Source: a bacterium
GTDB lineage: Bacteria > SAR324 > NAC60-12
DNA length: 64,000 bases
Assembly (NCBI GenBank): GCA_965209155.1
Contig: OZ242383.1
Coordinates: 2,016,001-2,080,000, forward strand
Direction: 5' to 3'
Position numbers and translations under genes: made by a program. Below, in pieces: positions 19,875 to 28,870 of this stretch. Position 1 is the first letter of the stretch. Each line of letters opens with the position of its first letter. The notes beneath the pieces were generated by a model, which was given only the letters and a program-made list of their open reading frames with translations, was not told the DNA's origin and searched no databases.

Positions 19875-21095
19875 TCATGCTGGCATCGGACGACGCAGGG
19901 TTTGTTCGTTGATAGGCCAATGGACGATGGCGGACGCCACTCCCAAGGCCACGGAAATCCACCAGACCACGTCATAAGAACCGATTCTGTCGTACAGGTA
20001 TCCTCCAAGCCACGCGCCCAGGAAACTGCCAATCTGGTGACTGAAGAATACGAAGCCAAAGAGCGTGGCCAGGTATTTCGGGCCGAAAATCTGAAGCACG
20101 ATTCCGGAGGTCAATGGGACTGTGGCGAGCCATAGCAGGCCCAGCACTGCGGAAAATACAAGAATACTGGTCGCAGACACCGGAGTGAGCATGAAGATAG
20201 CAAAAACCAATGCCCGTGAAAAATACAGAAAACTCAGACAATACTTCTTACTATAACGTCCTCCCAATATCCCGGAAGCAAAGCACCCGATTATATTGAA
20301 GAGGCCGATCACGGCAAGAGCCCAGGCTCCCAAATTGGCTGAGAATCCTTTATCCACGATATACGCCGGCAGGTGGGTGGCGACGAAAGCGACATGAAAT
20401 CCGCAGACAAAAAAACCGGTGACGAGTAATAAATAACCCCGGTGTCCGAATGCTTCCGTAAGCGTTTGTCGGAGATTCAATTCCACCACGCTTCTCGATA
20501 CCTCCGAATTGCTGCGACCCGTTAACAAAACGGCGCAAGGCGCTATGATCAGGCAGCAAGTGCTGATCAACAACAAAGCAGTCGACCAGCCGTAGGTGGA
20601 TATAAAAAACTGCCCCAGGGGGATCATGGTGAACTGTCCCAAACTGCTTGCTGCCGTGCCGATTCCCAGGACGAGGGATCGTTTTTCAACAGAAACCGCC
20701 CGTACCATCACTCCAAGAACCACCGCAAGCGCTGTTCCCGAGAGTCCGAATCCCACCAACATATTTCCCAAATGAAGAACGACGGGGGATTCCACTCCCG
20801 ACATCAAATAGACTCCCATCGCATAGATCAGACCGCCCGTGGCGATCGTACGACCCGAACCATATTTGTCTGCAATGGCGCCCACGAAAGGCTGAGATGC
20901 TCCCCAAAATAAATTCTGCAGGGCCAGGGAGAGAGCAAAAATTTCGCGACCCCATCCCAAGTCCGCGGAAACGGGTTGCAGGAACAGACCAAAGCCCGCT
21001 CGGACGCCCATCGAAATCAGCATTACCAGGCAGCCCGCGCCCACTATGAATAGCGATGCGCTCGCTCCTGAACGAATCAAGAAATGTCCTTGCAT
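19875..21095 (-). CDS. MFS transporter
   Basis: About 12 hydrophobic helices; GAIADKYGSGR motif A. Confidence 0.92.
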   Translation of the reverse strand: MQGHFLIRSGASASLFIVGAGCLVMLISMGVRAGFGLFLQPVSADLGWGREIFALSLALQNLFWGASQPFVGAIADKYGSGRTIATGGLIYAMGVYLMSGVESPVVLHLGNMLVGFGLSGTALAVVLGVMVRAVSVEKRSLVLGIGTAASSLGQFTMIPLGQFFISTYGWSTALLLISTCCLIIAPCAVLLTGRSNSEVSRSVVELNLRQTLTEAFGHRGYLLLVTGFFVCGFHVAFVATHLPAYIVDKGFSANLGAWALAVIGLFNIIGCFASGILGGRYSKKYCLSFLYFSRALVFAIFMLTPVSATSILVFSAVLGLLWLATVPLTSGIVLQIFGPKYLATLFGFVFFSHQIGSFLGAWLGGYLYDRIGSYDVVWWISVALGVASAIVHWPINEQTLRRPMPA

Positions 21096-21117
21096 TAATG
21101 TATCCCGTTTTACCCGT

Positions 21118-22089
21118 TTACCAGTTGAAAGGGGAAATGAGCCGGGCCAAAAGACCCCGTTTGCGTTTCACTTTCGCAATACCGTAGCTACCTTCCCCGC
21201 CCCGCAGTCTTGGGTCGAGCAGGTCCCTGAGAGCGTCACCGAACATGTTGAGACTGTAAACGACAATCGTCAGGCAAAGCCCCGGCCAGAGCGCCAGCCG
21301 GGGAGCCATCTCCATGAACTCACGCCCTTCCCGGCTGAGCATTCCTCCCCAGCTGGGTACCTTGACGGGCAACCCGAATCCAAGGAAGCTCAAGGCAGCC
21401 TCGCTGATGATCACCGCCCCGATGTTGATGGTGAAAATGATGATGACGGGGGCGGCGATATTGGGCAGCACATGGCGGAGCAGGATTCTTGCTTGAGAGC
21501 AGCCAATCGCCACCGCCGCCTGAAAATAGACGTTTTCTTTGACACCGATCACCGCGCTGCGGACGATTCTCGAGCTTCCGATTCCTCCGGTGACCCCCAG
21601 CACCACGATGATCTGGGGGAGACCCCGCCCCACGAGGGACATGATCGTCAACAAAAGAAGCAGTCCCGGGAAGGCCATCCAGGCATCGACGAAGCGCTGC
21701 ACCGCCAGGTCCACTTTCCCTCCCAAGAATCCGGAAATGCTGCCGATCAAGACCGCAATGAGCACGTTGAGCGCTGTCGCTGCCAGACCGACGGTTAAGG
21801 AAATTTGCGCCCCGTAAATCAAACGGCTGAGGAGGTCTCGCCCCAACTGGTCAGTCCCCAGCAGATACCGGTCGGAAGGCTGTTGCATCCTGTCCAGTAT
21901 GTTGACCTCGTCAAAGGGATAAGGCGCCAGTATGTCGGCAAAAAGCGCTACCAGAATAAAGATCAAAACAATTATCCCACCAAAAGTCCCCAGGGGCTTC
22001 TCGGTAACCAGCCGGATCAGGAAATCCACCAGGATGTTCCGCCTCTTGGGTTCGCTGGCAGCGGATGGAAGTTCTGTTGCATTGTTCAT
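21118..22089 (-). CDS. Peptide ABC transporter permease (OppC/DppC type)
   Basis: LLGTDQLGRDLLSRLIYGA, RHVLPN, LSFLGFG..PSWG, GDALRDLLDPR. Confidence 0.92.
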   Translation of the reverse strand: MNNATELPSAASEPKRRNILVDFLIRLVTEKPLGTFGGIIVLIFILVALFADILAPYPFDEVNILDRMQQPSDRYLLGTDQLGRDLLSRLIYGAQISLTVGLAATALNVLIAVLIGSISGFLGGKVDLAVQRFVDAWMAFPGLLLLLTIMSLVGRGLPQIIVVLGVTGGIGSSRIVRSAVIGVKENVYFQAAVAIGCSQARILLRHVLPNIAAPVIIIFTINIGAVIISEAALSFLGFGLPVKVPSWGGMLSREGREFMEMAPRLALWPGLCLTIVVYSLNMFGDALRDLLDPRLRGGEGSYGIAKVKRKRGLLARLISPFNW

Positions 22090-22179
22090 ATTGCTGATTT
22101 CTCCTCTATCTTCCTTTAAACTTTGTTCTTAGGGATTGTTCCTAATGCAATTCAATTCGCATTGCAAGAAAAATTGGTG

Positions 22180-22308
22180 ATCGAGAATTCGCTGAGGTCT
22201 TTCAGCACTTCGTCCGTCATCTCTCCGTGGCGATCCCTTGCGATCAGAACCGGGATTTTCTCCGCCGACAACCCCCGCTTCGTAACATTGCCGCCCCTTC
22301 TCCTTCTT
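22180..22308 (-). mobile_element. IS1595-family transposase fragment
   Basis: RRRGG..KRGLSAEKIPVLIARDRHG. Confidence 0.75.
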
Positions 22309-22558
22309 CTATAAAAATTTAGAGCTTTAAGGAAACAGTATGACAGATTCAAAAAACTTCTCAAATTTAATGCAAACTGAGCTTTTTTAATTGATTATCC
22401 CAAATATTCCCTCTCTATCCTCACAAATCGTTTGCATTTTATCTTTTCCATGTTAAATATAATTCAACACAAATAATTATTTGATTTTAAAAAATTACTT
22501 GTATATCATACTTAAACAGGTTACTTAAACAAAATTTCAATTCTTAAAGAGATAAAAA

Positions 22559-22951
22559 ATGGTGACAAATTCCAAATTAGATGAGGCGATTCAATCTATT
22601 TCTGACTTAATCAGTGACTATGAAAAGAAACTGAATCATTGCCGGAATTTTATTAAAATATTGAAGTCTGAAAAAAAGTTTAACGAAAAAAGTGGAGATG
22701 GACCGAATCTTGTCCTGAATGCCAAAGAAGAAATCCGAGAGGCTATTATCGGATTTTTTAATGATGAAAATGCAAATGGATCATTAAGCCAGATTGAAGG
22801 CTATTTAAAAGATAAGGGATACAAAGGGTATTCAAAAAAAGGACTTTCACACTCAATCGGAACGATGCTTAATCGAGATCCAATATTTATCCGAACTAAA
22901 GATAGTAAATATTGCCGTTTAAGAGAATATTCAATGCTACAAGAAGAATAA
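22559..22951 (+). CDS. AT-rich hypothetical protein (coiled coil plus possible winged helix)
   Basis: 130-aa ORF with N-terminal heptads and a basic helical C-terminal half. Confidence 0.55.
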   Translation: MVTNSKLDEAIQSISDLISDYEKKLNHCRNFIKILKSEKKFNEKSGDGPNLVLNAKEEIREAIIGFFNDENANGSLSQIEGYLKDKGYKGYSKKGLSHSIGTMLNRDPIFIRTKDSKYCRLREYSMLQEE

Positions 22952-22989
22952 AAAAGGAGGACTGGAATAATACTCTTCCACAGAATAGA

Positions 22990-23018
22990 CACAGGTTTAA
23001 ATCCTGCTACGCCCACCA
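22990..23018 (+). other. tRNA 3'-end-like remnant (possible att scar)
   Basis: CAGG-TTTAAAT-CCTG T-arm-like hairpin followed by CTACGCCCACCA; no 5' half. Confidence 0.55.
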
Positions 23019-23022
23019 AACG

Positions 23023-23128
23023 CGCTTTGGTACGTTACATGAAAAATCGTCCCGGGTAGTTTGAATACAAAACAGCTATTGATCAACAACTCCCTATCGG
23101 CACTGGAAAAATTGAAAGCGTCCATCGT
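23023..23128 (+). mobile_element. ISKra4/ISLre2-like transposase fragment
   Basis: RYMKNRPG*FEYKTAIDQQLPIGTGKIESVHR resembles the PIGSGxxES motif. Confidence 0.65.
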
Positions 23129-23142
23129 TAATCTCCTTAGGT

Positions 23143-23329
23143 GAATCAGGAGTTAAAAAACGTGTCATTCCTGGCTTGACCAGGAATCCAGGGGGATACG
23201 GGCGATATTTTGGATGCCGGATCCTCCTGGTCCCGGACTTGATCCGGGACCAGGAGGATCCGGGACCAGCATGACACATCATAAATACTGAATTATTGAT
23301 TTTATAAATTAAATTTCAACTCCTGATTC
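23143..23329. mobile_element. MITE carrying REP-like palindromes
   Basis: TIR gaatcaggagtt / aactcctgattc; internal long hairpin at about 23217-23263. Confidence 0.8.
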
Positions 23330-23471
23330 GCATATCTCCTTTATAAAGTGGAAATCCAGTAGACAAGCGATTTTTTGCCGTACAGCTTCTCATACTTCAG
23401 AAGGACTGATTTTAAGACAAAAGGTCAAAGCTCTTGGTTGACATTTGATGACCAGGAGCATGTATATTTCA

Positions 23472-26400
23472 TCATTGCGCAGGGATCGTATCCTCGTTTC
23501 CCTGGTGGTAGGTCCTGGTAAAGATCGTCTCCGAGAGCCATTTACGGAAGGAAGGATTGTCGCTGAATTGCTTATAGAGTTCGGTTTGGTCGGAGAGCAG
23601 GTCAAGCACGGCTCGTCGAAGCGCGCTGTCGTGTTCTATACGCGCGTTCTGTTTATCGGAGTTTCTCATGGCATTCCGGTAAGACGGGTCCGCAGCGACC
23701 TTTACCGGCAGTTCTTCAGCAATGATTTGGATTATCTTGTCGGCATCTTTCCACTCGATGTTGCCAAAGCGCTCATTGAAGGTCTTGAGAATGTTGCTCA
23801 GGTGGTCCAGTTCCGTCTCCGGCTTCCGGCCTCCCTCACTGGTGGGCAGCGGATCGACCATTGCCTCGGTATCGGAAAGGGCGATTGCCATAGAAGCTTG
23901 AACCTCGGCACGGTAGCTGTCCATGTCGATCGCCTGGAGAATGTCCAGGGAAAAATCCTGTTCCTCCGGAGCGGGCAACTTGGGCGTGAGGAAATTCAGG
24001 AAGATGGCGCGTTTTTCCCATTCCGCGTTGGCGTATGGCAAGATCGAGGCCAGGAATCCGTATACCCGGGTGAACGCTTTCGCCTTACTTTTGAAATCAA
24101 CCTGGCCGTCCTCGTCGAGCTCCGAATGATAGATCGCGACGCAGGCGTCCAGGATCGGATCGAGTTGGTCACGATCGGCCCCTTGCGCGTAAAGCGTGAC
24201 CAGGGTCTCCACTTGCTCCTGGTCGTAGACCTGGTAGCCATCGAGAGCGCCTTGCAGGTCGTGCAGTTTGTTCGGGTCCGTTTCTTCGCTGAGGATGGTG
24301 GTTCGATAGTAAGGTTCGAAAGAGGCGCGGATGACCTCCACGTCGTTGATGAAGTCGAGGACGAAGCAGTCGTGTTTATGCGGATGCGCGCGATTCAAGC
24401 GAGAAAGGGTTTGCACCGCCTTGACGCCCGACAGGATTTTGTCCACGTACATCGTGTGCAGGAGCGGTTCGTCGTAGCCGGTCTGGAACTTTTCGGCGAC
24501 GATGAGGAAGCGGTACGGCTCTTCCCTGATCAACTCGGCGATACGACTGCCGGGAAATCCATTCAGCGAGGACTCGGACACTTGCCGGCCACCATCCTCG
24601 TGCTCCCCCGAGAAGGCAACGATGGCCCGGTAAGCGCTCTTCCGCTCCCGCAGGTAAGTCTGGAAAGCATGAAAATACCGGATTGCCCGCTCAACGCTAC
24701 CGGTCACCACCATGGCCCTCGCCTGACCACGAATCTTGCGGTGCGCGATGACCTTTTCTTGGAAATGATCGATCATGATTTCGGTTTTCTGACGGATGGC
24801 ATGGTCGTGGGACTCGACGTACCGTCGAAGTTTTTTGCGGGCTTTCCTGGCGTCGAATCGCGGATCTTCCGCAACCGTTTTCATCAGCCGGTAGTAGCTT
24901 TCGACGGGAGTATAGTGCTGGAGCACGTCGAGGATGAAGCCTTCCTGAATGGCTTGCTTCATCGTGTAACTGTGAAAAAGGACGTGCCGGACCCGCTCTC
25001 CTGCAGGTTCAGGGCATCCGAAAATCTCCAGTGTCTTGTTCTTGGGCGTCGCCGTGAAGGCGAAGTAGCTGGCGTTCTCCAGCATTTTGCGCGCTTGCAT
25101 GAAGCGGTTGATGCGGTCCTCGACCGTTTCCTCCTCTTCCTGCCCGATTCCTTCCGTGGAGAGCGCGATGTGCATCTTCGTCGTCGTTTGACCTCCCTGG
25201 CTCGAATGGGCTTCATCGATGATGATGGCGAAACTCCGCTCCCGGTGTTCGTCCCCGATTTCATCGAGGATGAAGGGAAATTTCTGAACGGTGCTGATGA
25301 TTATTTTTTTCCCACTCTTGATAAATTGCCTCAGGTCTCCAGAGCGCTCGGCATGTCCGACCACCGATGAGACTTGCGCAAATTGCCGGATGGTATCCCG
25401 GATCTGTTTGTCCAGCACCCGGCGATCCGTCACGACGATGATCGAATCGAATAGCGGCTGACTGTTTTGTTTCAAAGCGATGAGCTGGTGCGCAAGCCAG
25501 GCGATTGAATTGCTCTTCCCGGAACCCGCGGAGTGTTGGACCAGGTATCGATGGCCGACGCCATGGGCTTGCGCGTGGTTCAGCAATCGACGCACGACCT
25601 CGAGTTGATGATAGCGTGGCCATATTTGCACCCTTCTTTTACTTCCGGATTTTTCATCCTTGCTCTCGATGACCTGCGCATAATTTTCCAGGATATCGCT
25701 CAGGCCCTCTCGCGTCAGGATGCGCTTCCAGAGGTAGTCGGTTTTGATCCCGCGCGGGTTGGGAGGATTGCCCGTGCCGTCGTTCCAACCCTGGTTGAAA
25801 GGAAGGAACCAGGAATGATTCCCCTGGAGGTGGGTGCAGAAACGTACTTCCTGGTCGTCTACCGCGAAATGCGCCACGCCACGCCCGAATCCAAAGAGCA
25901 TTTCACGCGGGTCACGGTCTCGCTTGTATTGCTGGACGGCATCCGCGACGCTTTGTTTGGTGAGGAGGTTTTTCAACTCGAAGGTTATGACCGGCAAACC
26001 ATTGAGGAAGAGGCCAAGGTCGAGCGCGAGGTGCGTCTCGTCCCGGCTGTAACGAAGTTGTCGCGTGACCGAGAAGCGGTTCTGATCATAGAGGATGCTG
26101 GCCTTCTCGTTGCCCGGCGTCGGCGTGCCGTAGAAGAGATCGATATGATACGGTCCGTGCTTGAGACCCTTGCGTAAGACTTCGATGGTGCCGCGTCTGT
26201 TGATTTCACCTTGCAGTCGCGCCAGGAACTTTCGTTGCGCCGGGCTATCCCGGATGGGATCGAACGATTCGATAATCTCGGCTTGCGTCTCTCGTAAAAA
26301 GATCGAAAGCTGCGCCAGGTCCAGGCAATACTCACGGTTGTAGTCACGCGGGTGGCCTCCGATCCAACCAGCGCCATAGGCGACCGGATGCTCACTCACT

Positions 26401-26489
26401 CCCCCTTCTGAAGAGGGATCACAGGGATGACCGGTCAATGCCGTGCAAATCAAGCGTTCCAGTCCGCGTTCAGTGGTGTCGGTGGGCAT
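23472..26489 (-). CDS. hsdR: Type I restriction enzyme R subunit
   Basis: DLGLFLNGLPVITFELKN nuclease motif, HSAGSGKS, DEAH, TATP, QTGYDEP, QTLSRLNR. Confidence 0.97.
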   Translation of the reverse strand: MPTDTTERGLERLICTALTGHPCDPSSEGGVSEHPVAYGAGWIGGHPRDYNREYCLDLAQLSIFLRETQAEIIESFDPIRDSPAQRKFLARLQGEINRRGTIEVLRKGLKHGPYHIDLFYGTPTPGNEKASILYDQNRFSVTRQLRYSRDETHLALDLGLFLNGLPVITFELKNLLTKQSVADAVQQYKRDRDPREMLFGFGRGVAHFAVDDQEVRFCTHLQGNHSWFLPFNQGWNDGTGNPPNPRGIKTDYLWKRILTREGLSDILENYAQVIESKDEKSGSKRRVQIWPRYHQLEVVRRLLNHAQAHGVGHRYLVQHSAGSGKSNSIAWLAHQLIALKQNSQPLFDSIIVVTDRRVLDKQIRDTIRQFAQVSSVVGHAERSGDLRQFIKSGKKIIISTVQKFPFILDEIGDEHRERSFAIIIDEAHSSQGGQTTTKMHIALSTEGIGQEEEETVEDRINRFMQARKMLENASYFAFTATPKNKTLEIFGCPEPAGERVRHVLFHSYTMKQAIQEGFILDVLQHYTPVESYYRLMKTVAEDPRFDARKARKKLRRYVESHDHAIRQKTEIMIDHFQEKVIAHRKIRGQARAMVVTGSVERAIRYFHAFQTYLRERKSAYRAIVAFSGEHEDGGRQVSESSLNGFPGSRIAELIREEPYRFLIVAEKFQTGYDEPLLHTMYVDKILSGVKAVQTLSRLNRAHPHKHDCFVLDFINDVEVIRASFEPYYRTTILSEETDPNKLHDLQGALDGYQVYDQEQVETLVTLYAQGADRDQLDPILDACVAIYHSELDEDGQVDFKSKAKAFTRVYGFLASILPYANAEWEKRAIFLNFLTPKLPAPEEQDFSLDILQAIDMDSYRAEVQASMAIALSDTEAMVDPLPTSEGGRKPETELDHLSNILKTFNERFGNIEWKDADKIIQIIAEELPVKVAADPSYRNAMRNSDKQNARIEHDSALRRAVLDLLSDQTELYKQFSDNPSFRKWLSETIFTRTYHQGNEDTIPAQ

Positions 26490-26745
26490 ACTCTCTTTTT
26501 CCTCATTCCCTTCAATACTCCAATATTTATACTTTTTTTTAAAGAATAATCAGTAAAGGGGCATAAAAATAAATAATATAAAAGCATAAAAAACAGTTAC
26601 TTATAAAGCCGATTCCACTTGAATTGTGCCAAAATTATGCTTTTTCCCCCAATTAAATTTTTCGGGCATAATTCGAAATGAAAGATTCCCCCGGAAACCA
26701 ACAAGCAACTTGGGTGTTCCCGATTTTGTGGATTTGTTCCTTCCA
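26451..26745. repeat. Duplicated block (hsdR 5' end, spacer, AlbA gene 3' end)
   Basis: 26451-26506 matches about 28462-28520; 26511-26745 matches about 28728-28960. Confidence 0.85.
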
Positions 26746-26764
26746 ATTATCTTGGTATTGATCT

Positions 26765-26966
26765 TCTCTATCCATGTCTTGATGTCTTTTTTTGCTTGCG
26801 CATACTTCCCGATACCCCCACGACGTTTGACACCGCATTTTCGACTTGTCATCACGCACCGCGCTTTCACCCAGATCGAAAAATTCGCCAGGTGCGGGCG
26901 TAGGGACTGGTTCACAAAAGTCTCTTCTGTTTGCCCCTCCACGATGTAATGCAGCCTGATAGCCAT
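26765..26966 (-). pseudogene. DUF4276-family (TOPRIM-like) protein, 3'-truncated
   Basis: MAIRLHYIVEGQTEETFV...GGIGKY; TAATG overlap with the original ATPase stop; breaks off after about 67 codons. Confidence 0.75.
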
Positions 26967-28279
26967 TAAGGACGTCCTCCCAGTACGTTCTTTTCCCACA
27001 ACGTAACTATTCAGGTACTCAACTAATTGATATTACATGCGATTTTTTTGAATATTTGGTGATTCCTGAATTTTTACAAACGTAATCCATTGAAATCATT
27101 GATTTTAAATTTTAGAATCAAATATTCAATTTTTTCAGTTTTCAAAATTAATCCAATAAAATCAGTATTATACTCAAAAATTGGGGTACCTAAATAGTTA
27201 CCCCACAACTCGGAAAGAGAATAGTCATCGAGCCAGTTTGACAAAGCCTCACTCTCCAGCCTCCTGAAGGTGGAACGGCGGCCTTCTCTTTCGACGACGA
27301 CGATATCCTCCGGATCAAAGCAATCGACGAGCGGCATGGACTGCGTAGCGACAATGACCTGTATTTTGGTCGAGAGGGCATTTATCAAGCCGCCTACAAC
27401 GTTGATGGCATGGGGATGCAAGCCTAGTTCCGGCTCGTCGAGAATCAATACGTCCGCCAAGTCCCGCTCCGGCAGAAGGAGCAGGGTAACGAGCGCAACG
27501 ACGCGCAACATACCATCCGAGGCTTGCGAAACGCTGAACACCCGGTCACTGTTTCGTTCGCGCCATTGCAATAGAATTGCGCCATAGTCCGGTTCCAATT
27601 CAAAATCTGAAAAGAAAGGCAGTATGAGACGAATGGTATCGACAATCCTCCGGTAGCTTTTGCTCTCGTTTTCCCTCAAGCGAAGCAGAACCGGCGCGAG
27701 ATTGGCCGCATCTTCCTTCAGCCACCGATTGTCTGTCGTGGGCCATTTCCCACGGAAGCGCGCGGTATCCGACGTGTTGTGGAATTGATAGACGACGATT
27801 TTCTGCAGGATGCTTCGAGTGACGTAGGCGGTCGTATCTTCGTCGGCCAAAGTGAGGAGTTTTGGAGCAAAGTGTCCGGCTCCCGTTTCTTTCCAGTTAG
27901 CAGGAGTGGAGTAACTCTTGTGAGAAAATCTGTAGCGTTCATCGGCGAAAATCAATGTGTCTCCTGCCGCAAAAAACAACCGGAACGAGTACTGGGTTTT
28001 GCCGTTTTCAGTCTCAATCGTCAGTTCGGTTTCAATCTCGCGGGTCTTAGCCGAACCGTCGTGCAAGAGTATGTTGGCTCCCCCCTGTCGACCCACAAAT
28101 TCTTGAAAATTGTTTGAATCTGCCAACATCCAACTCATCATGCGAAAGAAAGAAATGAAGTTGGATTTACCAGCGCCATTGGGACCGATGAGCACCGTTA
28201 AGGAACCAGGCTTGAAATCGCTCAGTTCTTCAATAGTCTTGAATCCTTTGAGGGTTATGTTATCGAGTCTGTCTTTCAT
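26966..28279 (-). pseudogene. ABC/AAA_21-type ATPase with its last codons displaced by a MITE
   Basis: GPNGAGKSN, SDGMLR, LDEPELGLHP, ATQS; native end LWEKNVLGGRP* lies at 26966-27001. Confidence 0.85.
27003..27201. mobile_element. 199-bp MITE with 8-bp target duplication
   Basis: TIR gtaactattcaggtac / gtacctaaatagttac; CCCACAAC at 26995-27002 and 27202-27209. Confidence 0.93.
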
Positions 28280-28409
28280 AATTGTCCTTCTTTCCCGGTT
28301 TCAAACAATCTTGCCTTTGATGAAACAAAGACTGCTGACTTCGGCCCCGTCCTGATCTTCGAAGACGCAGAGTACGATTCATCGGGCGAATAAGTCTCCT
28401 CTTTGTGTA

Positions 28410-28500
28410 CGAAGAGCTTGCTGGTGACTACATCAGCGATGGCCAGTCAGACCATTTAAATCAAACGTTCCAGTCCGCGTTCAGTGGTGTCGATGGGCAT
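28410..28500 (-). pseudogene. Fused remnants of the hsdR 5' end and the hsdS 3' end
   Basis: MPIDTTERGLERLI at 28459-28500; IADVVTSKL at about 28414-28440 (compare HsdS LIADVVTGKL). Confidence 0.75.
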
Positions 28501-28870
28501 ATACTTTCTTTTTCCTCATTACTTTCTTTCACTGACGCCTCGGGCTTCAATATCGAATCCTTCGATACCTTGACTTCGTGACCTGAAACAGCTTCTACTT
28601 TTCAAGATTCTATACCATGGAACCGTTCCGGAAACTGCTCGCGCCATTCTCGAGATTCTCGAAAAGAAAGGATATGGGCGCCGGAGTTCCATAAATGTCA
28701 AAGTCTCTCTGGCATCATCAATGGCCACTTCAATACTCCATGTTTTTATACTTTTTTCAAAGAATAATCAGTAAAGAGGCATAAAAATAAAAAATTTTAA
28801 ACCATAAAAAACAGTTACTTATAAAATTAATTACACTTGAATTATGCTCAAATTATGCTAATTTTCCAAA

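Noticed and set aside
22990..23018. Complete tRNA gene
   Set aside because: Only the 3' portion is present and the T-loop reads TTT instead of TTC.
23445..25370. 641-aa plus-strand ORF
   Set aside because: Antisense shadow of the GC-rich hsdR gene with no recognisable motifs.
27074..27201. ATPase C-terminal tail GNYLGTPIF...
   Set aside because: Read-through into the MITE, not native sequence.
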